Source of the DNA: Octopus bimaculoides
Taxonomy: Eukaryota
Direction: 5' to 3'
Length of the DNA: 64,000 bases
NCBI RefSeq assembly: GCF_001194135.2
Contig: NC_068993.1
Coordinates: 32,851,014 to 32,915,013 of the forward strand
Part shown: in pieces, positions 39,685 to 53,959 of the stretch
How the letters are laid out: every line of letters begins with the position of its first letter
How positions within the stretch are numbered: the first letter of the stretch is position 1
Program-made: the position numbers and the translations under genes
Notes under the pieces: generated by a model
Database searches by the model: none
Seen by the model: the letters and a program-made list of their open reading frames with translations, nothing else
Told to the model about the DNA's origin: nothing

Positions 39685-40420
39685 TAAGCTGGTGAGCTGA
39701 CAGAATCGTTAGCATGCTGGGCAAAATGCTTAGCGACATTTCATGTCTTTACATTCTGAGTTCAAATTCTGCCAAGGTTGACTTTGCCTTTTTTCCTTTC
39801 AGGGTCGATAAATTAAGTACCAGTGAAACACTGAGGTTGATGTAATCGGCTACCCCCCCCCAAAAAAAAAATTTCAGGCCTTGTGCCTTTAGTAGAAAGG
39901 ATTATTATTAAGGTGGTGAACTGACAGAATTGTTAGCATGCTGGGCAAAATGCTTAGCAACATTTCATCTGTCTTTACATTCTGAGTTCAAATTCCATCA
40001 AAGTCAACTTTACCTTTCATCTTTTGAGGGTTGATAAAATATGTACTTATCTTTTCCCTCAAAATTGCTGGACTTGTGCCAGAATTTGAAATCATTATTA
40101 TTATTACAAAGGTGGTGAGCTGACAGAATCATTAGCATGCTGGGCAAAATGCTTAGCAACATTTCATCTGTCTTTATGTTCTGAGTTCAAATTCCACCGA
40201 GGTCGACTTTGCTTTTCATCATTTCAGGGTTGATAAAATGAGTACCAGTTGAGCAATGGAGTCGATGTAATTGATAAGTTCCCTACCCCAAAATTTCAGG
40301 CCTTGTACCTATAATAGAAAGGATTATTATTATAATTATAATGATGATTTTTTTTTTTCTACTATAGGCACAAGGCCTGAAATTTTGGGGGAAGGTGCTA
40401 GTCGATTACATCAACCCCAG
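39685..40420 (+). mobile_element. Head-to-tail array of three SINE copies plus an inverted partial copy
   Basis: AAGGTGGTGAGCTGACAGAATC... recurs at about 39685, 39910 and 40108, separated by (ATT)n. The tail is inverted at 40358-40390. Confidence 0.8.
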
Positions 40421-40880
40421 TATGTGACAACATCAATATTTATACAGTCCAGAAAGATCACACCACTTGCAACAGCTGACTATGAAATGATGAAAGACAA
40501 TAATAATAATTAGTGATGCTGTAATTTTGTTCAAGTTAAAGCACTGCAAATGAAGAAGTAGGAAAATATCTCAAAATACTTTGATTAAAGAGTAGAAATA
40601 TCAATAATGCAGTGATGTCCAGCAGTAAAAGTGGAAGTTGTACCAGTTATCATTAGAGCATGAGATTTAATCCCCCAAAAACTATCATATTGTCTAGACT
40701 GGTTGCGCAATGAAAAAGATGTGTGTTCCAAAATCTGCCTTCCTTGGAACTTGTTATATTCTTAGAAAGGTACTTTTGCTTTAAGGCCTTTTATTGAAGC
40801 TTGACAGTTAACACGAAGAAGAAAAACCCAACAAAATGCAGTATTTTATATCCATTCTCTTTGATGAAATAATAATAAAA

Positions 40881-41290
40881 GTAGTTTTCTTTACCATTAA
40901 GCATTGACAAAAACATTAGGAATAAATCCAACAAGGCCGATATTGTTATCAATGATATGAAGGACAGGAAGTGCCTAATTCTCAAATTATACAATACCTT
41001 CCAGAAGAAACATTTCTATTCAAAGAGAAACTGGAGATAGAAATCAGCAGGATGTGGAATATGAAAAGTGAAATAATACCACTGGTCACTGGAGTGCTGG
41101 AACTCACATAGAAGGGAATGTGAAAGTTCATCAACCACATCCTGGACAACATCAGTATTTAGGCAGTCCAGAAAGATTACACTACTTGGAACAACTGACA
41201 TACTATTGAAAGTGTTGCCAATCAAGTGATATCTTCTCTATAGTACCACTGGCCCATAGTTTGGACCTGGTCCTATAAAATATATTACAT
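40881..41290 (+). pseudogene. RLE-type (R4/Dong-like) non-LTR retrotransposon endonuclease fragment
   Basis: NKADIVINDMKDRKCLIL...LEIEISRMWNMKSEIIPLVTGVL. Confidence 0.7.
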
Positions 41291-41658
41291 AAAATAAAAA
41301 AAGAAGCAGTAATAACAAGGGTTTATTATTTAAGCACGATTTAATAGGGAAGGATGAACTCAGAATGTAAAGAGCTGTAATTAAATGCTGCTAAGCATAG
41401 TTTCCAATACTCTAATAATTATGTGAAATAATAATGAAGGCTGTGATGATGTGAAAGTGAGGATTTTGATGGTGGGGATTGTGATGATAATATTTTCATT
41501 GGTGTTGAAAATGAGAGTAATAGTGGTAATGATAATAATAAAGGCTGTAATAATGGAAATAACGATAATTTTGATGATGATCATGATGATGTTTTATTAT
41601 TTCCTTCTTTTTAATCCCTTACAATAGGTCCATATATTACAACTGCTGACCCAAAGTG

Positions 41659-41734
41659 ATGGAAGTACAAACTACACAGTTTAAAAGATCAATCCTTGTC
41701 GATGGAGTCATTGACTTCACTGCTGGGACGGCAG
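41659..41734 (+). CDS. SLC25A15: Mitochondrial ornithine transporter (SLC25 carrier), first coding exon: MEVQTTQFKRSILVDGVIDFTAGTA-G
   Basis: Found by reading; too short for the ORF track. Acceptor (pyrimidine tract ...ACAATAG) ends at 41627. An in-frame TGA at 41647-41649 precedes ATG 41659. Donor GTAAGA at 41735, phase 1. IDFTAGTAG matches the ORNT1 N-terminal IDLTAGAAG motif. Confidence 0.88.
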
Positions 41735-43258
41735 GTAAGATTAAAAACGCCTTCATTCCTCACTTGCATCTCAGTGGTGCTTGCTTATTTATTATTTCTT
41801 TTTTGTACCTTTAAGGTATGATGCAGTACGAGGATTTACCTCCTCCTGAGCTCTTAGTTTGTATGCCTTTACTCTTTTTTGTCAGCTGAACTGCCATTAC
41901 ACATCCAATTGATCATACTCAGCCCATTCTCATACTGTGTATGTATATATATATATGTTATAATTTAGAACAAACAGTAAAAGGTTGTTATTATAGTACT
42001 CAGAGTTTCGAATGTTGGAGCGAAGAGCTACAATGCATTCTCATCGGTCATTAATGGCAACAGACACTATGAAAAAAAAAAAAAACCATTGAATAAAAGG
42101 GAAGTTACTCTATTAGGTATAAAACGAAAAAAAGGAAAAGATAAAAAATACAGGCAACCATATTCTCACAATACATAGACATAAACCTCCTGCGTTCATG
42201 TCTACATATGTACACATACACACATACAAACATGTGTATACACGTATTCATACACACACATACACACACACACATATATTTATATATATATGATCTCGAT
42301 CCCTATACTGAGCTGTAGAAAGTGACGATGCATCATAAACAACAAACAACTTTGGATAAGTTCTTCACTTCTCAAGCTGATGTTAATGATAATAAACTAT
42401 AAGCTTTTTAAATATTGTCCCTTATCCTCCTAGAAACGTTCATTCCACCAACACCCCTCACAATAGTCAACATCTTTGATAAGAATGTACTCTTATGATA
42501 TGATTCTTGTTTCCCTAACTCATTCCTCTTGAAATTTTTTTGTGTTTTTATGTATCTATATTGTACCATGTATGTTTAGACATAGCTATTTTCATATATA
42601 AAGGCGATCATGTTGCTTATTCTGTTGTTTTCTTGTTCTTTTTTGCATAGGAACACAATCTCATTTGATATGAAAATCAATAGGAAAATTAATTTCATAT
42701 TACAGCCAGATTTTCAGGAAGGCATTACTTCCATGAAGCAGGGATTCCTGTTATATTTCCTTGTGGTCTGACATGTTTTCATAGTATATTAAAAACGAAT
42801 GACACTGCTTGTATGACAGTGACACTTGCTTACAACTCTCATGCAGTGTTAAAACAAGGAGACAAACATTCACACACACAATAGGTTTCTTGCTGTTTCC
42901 ATCTACCAGATCCACTTACAAGTGATTGGTCACCTCAAGGCTATACAAGAAGAGACTTGCTCAAGGTGCCACTCTGTGGAATTGAAGCTGAAGCAATGTG
43001 GTCAGGAAGCAAACTTCTTAACCATACAGATACACTTGTAACTATACATATAGTGGCTATATACATGTATGTGTATATATAAATATATATATATATANNN
43101 NNNNNNNNNNNNNNNNNNNNNNNNNNNNNNNNNNNNNNNNNNNNNNNNNNNNNNNNNNNNNNNNNNNNNNNNNNNNNNNNNNNNNNNNNNNNNNNNNNNN
43201 NNNNNNNNNNNNNNNNNNNNNNNNNNNNNNNNNNNNNNNNNNNNNNNNNNNNNNNNNN

Positions 43259-43298
<40 letters not shown>

Positions 43299-43834
43299 CA
43301 GGCAGGCAGAGAGAGACATAGCTGTGTGGTAAGAAGTTTACTTCTAAATCACACAATTGAGGATTCAATCCCACTGCATGGCATCTTGGGCAAGTTTCTT
43401 CTGCTATATTCCTGGGCCAACCAAAGCCTTATGAGTGGATTTGATTGACAAATTAAAAGAAGCCCATGGTATGTATATATCACAAAGGTGATGACAAGTG
43501 ACTAAAACCTTTGACTGTATGTGGTGCTTGAGAAGACTCATCAAGCCAAGTGAAACCATAATTGTGGTTGTGGTTGTTGCCAGTGTCATGTAAATGGCAC
43601 CTGTGAAATTGTAGTCATGGCCATTGCCAGTGTCATGTAAATGGTACCTATGCTGGGGGCACATAAAAAATACCCATTACACTCTGGTTGGCGTTAAGAA
43701 GGGCATTCAGTGATAGAAACCATGTCAAATCAGACTGGAACTTGGTGCAGCCCCCTGGCTTACCAGTTCCAATCAAACTGTTTAACCCATGCCAGCATGG
43801 AAATTGGACACTAAATGATGATGANNNNNNNNNN

Positions 43835-43879
<45 letters not shown>

Positions 43880-44958
43880 GTTTGGATTTAACTTTTAAAT
43901 TAAAAAAAATTCAAACTGTGTTTTGGGTATGCTCCAAGTAGTATGCTAGCAAAGCACATTCACTGTTTATGGCTACTTGGCGTCATCCACAGTAATTGCA
44001 CAGTCTTCGCTGGATCTATGTTAGGAGGCAAAGCACTTTCACTATATATATATATATGGAGTAGGAGGCATGATAATTGTAAACAAATGTCCTCTGTTCA
44101 TCTTCTGTGAAAACATGTCCAGCTATAGGGAATTATTACCTTACTTGGAAACAGGTTGGTGAGAGTAAAAACATCCAACCATAGAAAATCTGCCTCAATA
44201 AAATTCCTTCCAACCTATGCAAGCATGGAATATTGAAGAAACAATAACAATAATAATGATGATATATAATTAAAAGTGTGCTGGAAAGCATGACACATAG
44301 TTGCCACAGAGTTTGGGCTTTGTAATCAGTTCTATTATCCTCTCCTATATTCAGTGCAGTGTGAAGTCAACCATCATATAACGAGACAGGCAAGCTTGTG
44401 GAATTCAGCCACATTATATAGTATAAACAAATGCAGAAAACATAATTGGAAAAATTAAAAATAGTAGTTATGTTTCCTGCATTTTCTATATGGAGACAGG
44501 AAGAGCATCTGTCCATAAATATTCTACCTCAACAAATTCTGTCTTACCCATGCATGCATAGGAAAGTGGATGTTAAGTAAGGATGATGATATGGGTGCAT
44601 TGGGGTTCATATGTGCATTTATGTATGCATGCAAGTGTGTAAAAATCAGAGATGCATTGCCCCAAGCAGAAACTCAAGGGGTTACTTAAAGATATTGTAA
44701 GCTCTTCTCTTTATAGCAACTAAAGCCATTGCAATGTTGGATCTCAAGCAGTTGTCTACCTGAATGGAGCAGCTAGAACTGACCTAGCTATCACCTATCT
44801 ATCCAATCATCCATCTATCTCTTTCCATTTATCTATCTACCAGTCTATGTGTCTGTCCATCCATCCATCCAGCCACCCACTCACCTGTCTGTGCACTTAT
44901 TTATTTATATATGTATTTATCTATTTACCAATCTACCTTTTCTTTTCTATACTTCCAG

Positions 44959-45346
44959 GTGGGATTGCCAATGTTTACATCGGTCAGCCACTAGACACAG
45001 TCAAAGTGAAGATGCAGACGTTCCCAACCTTGTACAGAAATGCCCTCCACTGTTTCACTGACACTTTCAAAAAGGATGGCATTATTAAGGGTCTCTATGC
45101 TGGTACTGGGCCTTCCCTTGTGGCAAATATTTCAGAAAATGCTATTCTCTTCTTGTTCTATGGATTTTGCCAGAAGGCAATTGTTCTTGTTACAAGACAT
45201 AGGAAGGTGGAAGATTTATCACCTATACACAATGCATTTGCTGGAAGTGGTGCTGCCTTTTTCTGTGCATTTGCACTCTGTCCTACAGAACTTGTCAAAT
45301 GTCGCCTGCAGGCCATGCGTGAAATGAAAGGGGCTGCTAGAACAGT
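44959..45346 (+). CDS. SLC25A15: Ornithine carrier coding exon 2 (GGIANVYIGQPLDTVKVKMQTFP...CPTELVKCRLQAMREMKGAART)
   Basis: Acceptor TTCCAG at 44953-44958 and donor GTACGT at 45347. Starts phase 1, ends phase 2, matching both neighbouring exons. Contains two SLC25 signatures, PxDxxKxK (PLDTVKVK) and PxExxKxR (PTELVKCR). Confidence 0.95.
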
Positions 45347-45853
45347 GTACGTCCATTGTCAATACTTTGAAATTTTCTTATTCAGTCTTTTTTTTTAACA
45401 TTTTTCTCTTTTTATTGTTTCTTTTTTCTTGTTTAACCTCAAACCATGATCAGGGATTCGTGATCAAAGGTGTTCCAGCTTAAATCATGCCTTCTTTTCC
45501 TACATCAAGGATTATATTGTTCAGTGTGTCTTTTCTTATTTAAAATGAGAGCATGTGATTTAAGGGAAGTTTAGTTGCTATTTCTAGCTGAATGAGTAAT
45601 TGCATAGAGGTTCCTTCATTTACTCTTGCTGTTGTTTTTGCTATATTTACTGTTTTGACTGTTAAGTAAAAACAAAGTGAAAGTACCAAATAGACATGCT
45701 ATTGAGCATCCATCTTGAAGATCTTCTATTTGTAGAAACTTCTTCAATAATATTTGGGGAATTGTGTAACTGGAGTGGTGGATAACAGTAACGGACAGGC
45801 CAGCAATATGACAATGTCACTGGGTACACAACTGCTGTATGTACATGTGTTTG

Positions 45854-45886
<33 letters not shown>

Positions 45887-45948
45887 CGCAGAATTATTAG
45901 TGGAGGATTATCAATCCAGGCAAAATACTTATATCTTGTATATATATG

Positions 45949-46009
<61 letters not shown>

Positions 46010-46012
<3 letters not shown>

Positions 46013-47112
46013 CATCATCATCGTCATCATCACCATCGTTTAACGTCTGCTTTCCATGCTAGCATGGGTTGGACGATTTCACTGAGGACTGGTGAAACCA
46101 GATGGCTACACCAGACTCCAATCTGATTTGGCAGAGTTTCTACAGCTGGATGCCCTTCCTAATGCCAACCACTCAGAGAGTGTAGTGGGTGCTTTTACAT
46201 GCCACCGGCACGAAGGCCAGTCAGGGGGTACTGGCAATGGCCACGCTCGAAATGGTGTATTTTACGTGCCACCCACACAGGAGCCAGTCCAGCGGGACTG
46301 GCAACAAACTCGCTTGAATGTCTTTTCACGTGCCAGGAAGGCGACGTTGGTAACAGTCATGCTTAAATGGTGCTATTTACGTGCCACCGGCACGAAGTCA
46401 AGCAGCTGGTGCTCTGGCAACGATCACGCTCAGACAGTGCTCTTAGTGAGTTACTGGTACTGGTGCCATCACGATTTTGCTTTCACTTGCCCCAACAGGT
46501 CTTCGCAAGCCTAATATAGTGTTCAATGAAGATGTTGGCATGAGTGCCAGTCTACAGATTTAGTTCGATTTCAATTTTGATTTCACTTGCCTCAACAGGT
46601 CTTCGCAAGCGGAGTTTAGTGTCCAAAGAAGGAACGTTACGCATAAGTGGGCTGGCTACATCTCTGGCAGAGGCCTTGGATTTTGGTCTCACTGAGCTTG
46701 CCAGGTCCTCTCACACACAGCATATTTCCAAAGGTCTCAGTCAGAAACATTGCCTCGGTGAGGTCTAAAGTTCGGAGGTCGTGCTTCACCACCTCATCCC
46801 AGGTCTTCCTGGGCCTTCCTCTTCCCCGGGTTCCCTCAACCACTAGGGTGTGGCACTTTTTCACACAGCTATCTTCATCCATTCTCGCCACATGTCCATA
46901 CCAGCGCAATCGTCTCTCTTGCACACCACAACTGATGCTTCTTAGGTTCAACTTTTCTCTCAAGATACTTACACTCTGTCGGGAATGCACACTGACATTA
47001 CTCGTCCATCGGAGCATACTGGCTTCATTCCTTACAAGCTTACGCATGTTCTCAGCAGTCAAGGCCCATGTTTCACTGCCATGTAGCATGGCTGTTCGTA
47101 CACATGCCTCAT
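46010..47112 (-). mobile_element. RTE LINE 3' end (ORF C-terminus, 3'UTR, (GAT)n tail); related 3' ends at about 18.6-19.1, 20.3-20.7, 34.4-34.9, 48.1-48.7, 53.5-53.9 and 63.4-63.7 kb
   Basis: MLHGSETWALT...RRLRWYGHVARM...RGRGRPRKTW is the typical RTE C-terminus. Confidence 0.9.
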
Positions 47113-47501
47113 ANNNNNNNNNNNNNNNNNNNNNNNNNNNNNNNNNNNNNNNNNNNNNNNNNNNNNNNNNNNNNNNNNNNNNNNNNNNNNNNNNNNNNNN
47201 NNNNNNNNNNNNNNNNNNNNNNNNNNNNNNNNNNNNNNNNNNNNNNNNNNNNNNNNNNNNNNNNNNNNNNNNNNNNNNNNNNNNNNNNNNNNNNNNNNNN
47301 NNNNNNNNNNNNNNNNNNNNNNNNNNNNNNNNNNNNNNNNNNNNNNNNNNNNNNNNNNNNNNNNNNNNNNNNNNNNNNNNNNNNNNNNNNNNNNNNNNNN
47401 NNNNNNNNNNNATATATATATTTATTTCGTTTTTGTACTTGATTTGCAAGGTTTTTTTATGTGAATTTGTGTTTGTGTGTTGAAGCATATTTTATTCTGC
47501 C

Positions 47502-47763
47502 TGGGGAAAGTCATTCTCTTTTAGTGCGTTGTTAATTTAACACACTCACTGGTCTGATTTCCACTCATTTACTTATTTATTTTTACTAAAATATTTTCAT
47601 TGCATCTTGCAGCCTTTTCAATAGACGTTGAGAGTCAATGACTACTGAAAAGGTGGCAAGACGCAATGAAAATTTTTGTGAAAATAAATAAGTAAATGAG
47701 TGGAAATCAGACCAGTGAGTGTGTTAAATTAATAAGCCACTAAAAGAGAATGACTCTCCCCAG
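47502..47763. repeat. Intronic foldback with arms of about 120 bp
   Basis: CTGGGGAAAGTCATTCTCTTTTAGTG...TTTTCAATAG / CTACTGAAAA...CACTAAAAGAGAATGACTCTCCCCAG. Confidence 0.85.
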
Positions 47764-49468
47764 ACACAATATATATATAAATATATAAATTGTGTAAACA
47801 CTTGTTTGTAGTATCCCAGATTACGTCATTGCTTTTCATATTAACATCGGCTTTTCCATGCTTGCATGGATCAGATGAGATTTACTGGGACCGAGTTTTC
47901 CTCCAGCTTGAAGCCCTTCTTATTTCTGAGCAATGTAATAATACCCAGTCTATTAAATAACAAACAGTCCAGACATGGTTATGTAGAGAACTGGAAACAA
48001 ATAGCACCATATATGTAGCCCTTTTGTTACCTTTTGTTTACAGTCAGCAAACAGTTGGACAAGGGAGAATATGTATCTAGATGAACACACATACATTCAT
48101 ATATTCATATACATGCATACACACACATCGTCATCATCATCATCATCCTTCAGCGTCCATTTTCCATGCTGCCATGGTTTGGACTGTTTGACCAGATTTC
48201 AGTCTGATTTGGTTTGCCCTTCCTAATACCAACCCCTTTACAATGTGTGCTGGGTACTTTTAACATTTCACCACCACAAGTGTTTTTACATGCCATTGGC
48301 ATGAATGCTTTTTACATGGCACCAGCACAGGACTCTTACAGACCAATCCTCATCACCAGGGAATGCTTAACACCTCTGCTGTGGAAGATGGATCTTCTTG
48401 AGTACAGCAAGTCACCAGGTGTCTTGGTCCTTTGTTATCTCATCCAAAAGATTCAGCATTCTGAGGTTGTCCTTCAGTACTTCATCCCATGTCTTCCTGA
48501 ATCTCCCTCTTCCATCAGTTTCATCCTCTTTAAGTGAACAGCACTTCTTGATGGAGCTGTCGGCATCCATCTGCATCACATGGCCAAACCAGGTCAGTCT
48601 TCTCTCTTGCACACTGCACCTAATTTCTCTTATGCCTAAATGCTCTCTCAATATACTAACACTCTGTAACTGTATTGTAGGGTTGGTGTGAGAGGCCAGA
48701 TCTGGCCAATTTGAGCACAAAACAAGTAGAAGATTTAGGCTAGATATGGTTGGTTTAAAATTATAAAGAATAATGTAGTCTTAGACGCACTGTATCTGAA
48801 CAGAAGGTGGAATGGTCATGGCTGGAATGACTTTGATCATAGGTCTTCTACTCAATCAAGACTCATCTACAGCTAAAGAACCCAACACAATTAAAAATGT
48901 GTAATAGGAACAAAATAGAAATTTTTTATAAATGTTTTACAGAAGGACACCTCTGATCAGGTAAATCTATGACTAAAAGGTGATCCAGTTATGACCATCT
49001 TGTCATTTTAACCCTTTAGCATTTAAACCAGCCATATCTGTCCCAAACATTCCACATGTTCTATGTTCAAATTGGCCAGATCTGGTCTCTTGTACCTATC
49101 CTACAATGTCATTCCAAAAGTAAACAATCACATCATCAAAATTTCAAAACTATGTGGTAATATATGATTAATTCAAAACTGTGTGAATAAATAAGCATTA
49201 CATTTGATAGAATAATCTGAATGCTAAAGGGTTAAGAAGATAATAAAACTAAGAGATAAAGATTTACTGGAACCACAGTTGGGTTGGATATGAATAAGAG
49301 ATAGATTTACTCACCATATGTGGCTTGGCTCTTTGTCTGGCGCTGATATCTTCTGTTAGGGTTAAATTCATTTGTCATATCATAGTCTGTCACCTCAAAC
49401 TTCTCAATTTCTGGAGATGACATTTTGTAAATCTACTGAACACACATATGCATGCACGCCCGCCCGCC

Positions 49469-49507
<39 letters not shown>

Positions 49508-52500
49508 ATTAAGGCAGCAAGCTGCCAGAATCATTATCATGCTGAGCAAAATGCTTAGAAGCATTTCATCTATCTTCATGTTCTGAGTTCAAATTCTGCC
49601 ATGGTTGGCTGCATTCATCCTTTCAGGATCTATAAAATAAGCACCCAATAAGCACCCAGAGTCAATGTAACTGACTTACTCTCTCTTCTGAAATAACTTT
49701 CCTTGTGCCAAAATTTGAAATCTCTATATATATATATGATGGGCTGCTTTATCCCCCATTTAGCAATTTCCCTCACAAGGTATTAGTTTAGCTACAGCTA
49801 TAACAGAGAACACCAGCCAACAGCATCCATGCAGTTGGGCTGAACCCTTAACCACATGCTGTTGAAGCAAACTTCTTAATCATGTAGCCAACAGCAAATA
49901 TGTACAACAGGGGTAGCTGCCAAACATGCATTGTATAATTTATTATTAAATATAGAGAATCTGGGTGGGTTTGGATGGAATGCTTTTGATCATTAGTCTG
50001 GTCAGTCTAGGTTGACTTGGGGTTAAACAACAGCAACAACAAGATTGATGACACAACAATAGTAGTCTTAACCTGCTAGAAATTGCAGTAAAATCTCCCA
50101 CAGAAAGGAAGGACACAGATAATGTACTAAAAAGATGTGATGGTCTGAGCAACTATAGTAAAACTGATAAGTATTACATTGACTTAGTGTTAGGTTTAAC
50201 TCCAGTTGTGGGTAGGACCAGGGAGAAAGAGAAAGGGTGATAGTCTTCGTTGAGCTGACTTCCCTTGGGCAAGAGAAAGAGAGAGAGTCTCTGTTGAGCT
50301 GATTTGTCCTGGGACAAATGGGTCTCAATCATTTTTAGCTTTGTGGCTGCTTGCTTGAAGTGGCATTTTACAAACAAACCTCTCTCTTTGTTTTACGAAA
50401 ACAAGGAAAATCAAGTAAATTATTTTAATTAAGCAAAATAATTAATCAACCCATTAGCATTTAGATCAGCCATATCCGGCACCAATATTTTATCTGTTTT
50501 ATGTTCAAACCGGCTAGATCTGAACTCTCATACCTATGTCATTCTGTAGCTGTGTGGTAAAAAGCTTGCCTCCTAACCACATGGTTCCAGGATCAGTTCC
50601 ACTGAGTGGCACCTTGGACAAGTGTCTTCTGCTATAGCCTCAGGTCAACCAAAGCCTTATGAGTGGATTTGGTAGACAAAAGCTGAAAGAATCCTGTCGT
50701 ATATCTATTTACATATATCTGTGTGTGTATTTTTGTGTCTGTGTTTGTCCCCCGTCACTGCTTGACAACTAGTGTTGGTATGTTTACATTCCCATAATCT
50801 AGCAGTTCGGCAAAAGAGACCAATAGAATAAGTGTCAAGCTTAAAATACAATTTGAGTACTGGGGTTGATCCTTTCAACTAAAACGAATTCTTAAAAGTG
50901 GTGCCCCAGCATGGCTGCAATTTAATGACTGAAACAAGTAAAATATGAACCACATCAATGAAATCTACCAGCTACAAGTTAATGCATGAATAATTCAAAA
51001 CAATGTAAATAAGTAGGCATTACATTTGATAGTGTAATCTTTAATGCTAAAGTGTTAGACAGTGGTTTCTTATCCCTATTTAATACGGAATCAATAAATA
51101 ATAAATATTATTCATTCAAAAAATTATATTTTATTTAGATCTAATAGAAGGAAAATTGTGGATATTGGACTATGTCGTGTTTCTAATCGGTCATGTTTCT
51201 TTTCACTGATAACATAGTGTCCTACTTCTAATCATGACAAAGTTTTTTTTTATTTGAAAATTAGTTTAAAGTGCTTAAGATTATACTTTGTTTAAATATT
51301 TTATTTCTAAATAAGTTCACAAACTGTCTAAGCACTCAGCATCCTCCTCTGTATAGGCCTTTGACATTTGCTGTCCCATTGTGAGCACATTATATCCCCA
51401 AGGGGACAGAACCACTGCTCTTGTATGACTTTTCAACTACTGGATGGATCATGGAGTTATTATGCTGCATTGTAGTTGTTGTCATCATCATTGTCTTATG
51501 TCTAATTTTCCATGCTGGCATGGGTTAGAGATTTTCTGAAATAGTGTTTTACACTCAAATGCCCTTTCTCCTTTCTGTTGTTGATTTTTTTTAACTACCT
51601 CTCAAAACCTGCAGGTATACAGTATTTTAAAAACTGGAATATACTTGTCAAGAGACACCTATGTTATCTTCAGATAATGTGTCTATATTTTAGTAGGTAT
51701 CTGTTTAAAACTGGAAGAACCACTATGTAAGGCATTGTACTCAGTAACATAATGTAGAGTGGAAATATTTATTCATGACATTGACAGGCCTAATGCTGTT
51801 TCTTTTAATTTCAAAATTCATCAGAGTGCAAATCTAATGAATTCCCAATTGAAAGAAACATGATTAGTCTTGTAAAAACCATAACTAAACAAATGTAACA
51901 TATCTATTACAATTTTTACCTGCTGTAGAATCCTATAGGAAGACTGTCTTTAGTGACTTAATCAGTTCTACACACATTGGTTCACCTCACTGAAAGGAAT
52001 AAATACCTGATAATCTGGGAATATTAGCTGTGAGAAACTGGTGTCCTATCCAAAAAGAGATCTAACTCTTACCTGATGTTTAAAATTATTAAATTGAAAT
52101 AAAATACCCAAGCTCTGGCTCATAAGAGCCATTGTGAGGTCTGTGAGAAATATTGGTTTCAAATTTTGGCACAAGGCCAGCAATTTCAGGGGAGGGAGTT
52201 GATTGATTACATCAACCCCAGTACTTAACTGGTACTTATTTTATTGACCCTGAAAGGATGAAAGGCAAAGTTAGCCTCAGCAGAATTTGAACTCAGAACA
52301 TGAAAACGGACAAAGTGCTACTAAGCATTTTGCCTGGTGAGCTAATACTTCTGACAGTTCACTACCTTGAGATCTACTAAAAATATTAACATTGTTATCA
52401 TTACTAATGTTTACACTACAAAGACACAATTTTGAGACTTGTAACTTTCTTTGCCTCAACCTTCTCTGCCAAACAGAAGGAGTCTTTCAAACTGTTAGAA

Positions 52501-52700
52501 ACAATGTGCACCAGGTACATCTTCTGGGTGAGCTGGGGCACATAATGCATAACGTGACCTAGGGTCATATCAGTGTTTGTCTTTCAACATCAGACGCCTT
52601 TTTCAGTTAATCCAGGTAGGGGATTAATCAGACCTTTACTTATGTCCTAGCAATAACAGTCCATGGATAAGCTCTCTTGTCCAAAACCACCTGCTGGCTT

Positions 52701-52750
<50 letters not shown>

Positions 52751-52760
52751 NNNNNNNNNN

Positions 52761-52795
<35 letters not shown>

Positions 52796-53244
52796 TTAGA
52801 GAGAAGAGAGAGCGAGATGTTTGGATGTATGTATGCATGAAAACATATATTACATACAGAGGATGGCTTAGCTGGCTGAAACTTCAAAGTCATTGTCAAT
52901 ACTATTCTTGTAAAAGAATAATAAATTTGTACTCTACCAAAAGTATTGAGTAATCCTTCAGTTTAGCGTAAAATTGTTTTTATCATAACATTAAAACAAA
53001 CATTAATATATCTCTCTATATATGTGTGTGTGTGTGTGTGTGGAGTAACTGTGTGGTAAGTAGCTTGTTTACCAACTACATGGTTCTGGGTTCAGTCCCA
53101 CTGCATGGTACCTTGGGCAAGTGTCTTCTACTATAGCCTNNNNNNNNNNCATGGTACCTTGGGCAAGTGTCTTCTACTATAGCCTCGGGCCGACCAAAGC
53201 CTTGTGAGTGGATTTAGCAGATGGAAACTGGAAGAAGTCTGTTG

Positions 53245-53275
<31 letters not shown>

Positions 53276-53926
53276 TTATGTGTCTCTGTTTGTCCCCCCA
53301 ACATCGCTTGACAACTGATGCTGGTGTGATTGCGTCCCCATAACTTAGTGGTTCGGCAAAAAAGACCGATAGAATAAGTACTAGGCTTACAATGAATAAG
53401 TCTTGGGGTCAATTTGCTCGACAAAAGGCAGTTCTCCAGCATGGCTGCAGTCAAATGACAAGCAAATATATCATCATCATCATCGTTTAACGTCCGCTTT
53501 CTATGCTAGCATGGGTTGGACGATTTGACTGAGGACTGGTGAACCAAATGGCTACACCAGGCTCCAATCTGATTTGGCAGAGTTTCTACAGCTGGATGCC
53601 CTCCCTAACGCCAACCACTCCGAGTGTGTAGTGGGTGGTTTTACGTGCCACCGGCACGAAGGCCACTCAGGCGGTACTGGCAATGGCCACGCTCAAAATG
53701 GTGTATTTTACATGCCACCTGCACAGGAGACAGTCCAGAGGCATTGGCAACGATCTCACTCGAATGTCTTTACACATGCCACCAGCACAAGTGCCAGGAA
53801 GCCGATGCTGGGTACAGGTGCCATCACAATTTCGCTTTCGCTTGCCCCAACAGGTCTTCGCAAGCCGAGTTTAGTGTCCAATGAAGGAGACGACGTTGGC
53901 ATGGGTACCAGTCATCGAATTTAGTC

Positions 53927-53959
<33 letters not shown>

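Noticed and set aside
39685-40325. Regularly spaced repeats as a CRISPR-like array
   Set aside because: Eukaryotic context; the units are about 210-bp SINE copies without unique spacers.
46647-47483. Long plus-strand ORF (278 aa)
   Set aside because: It is the antisense shadow of the RTE ORF plus an N gap.
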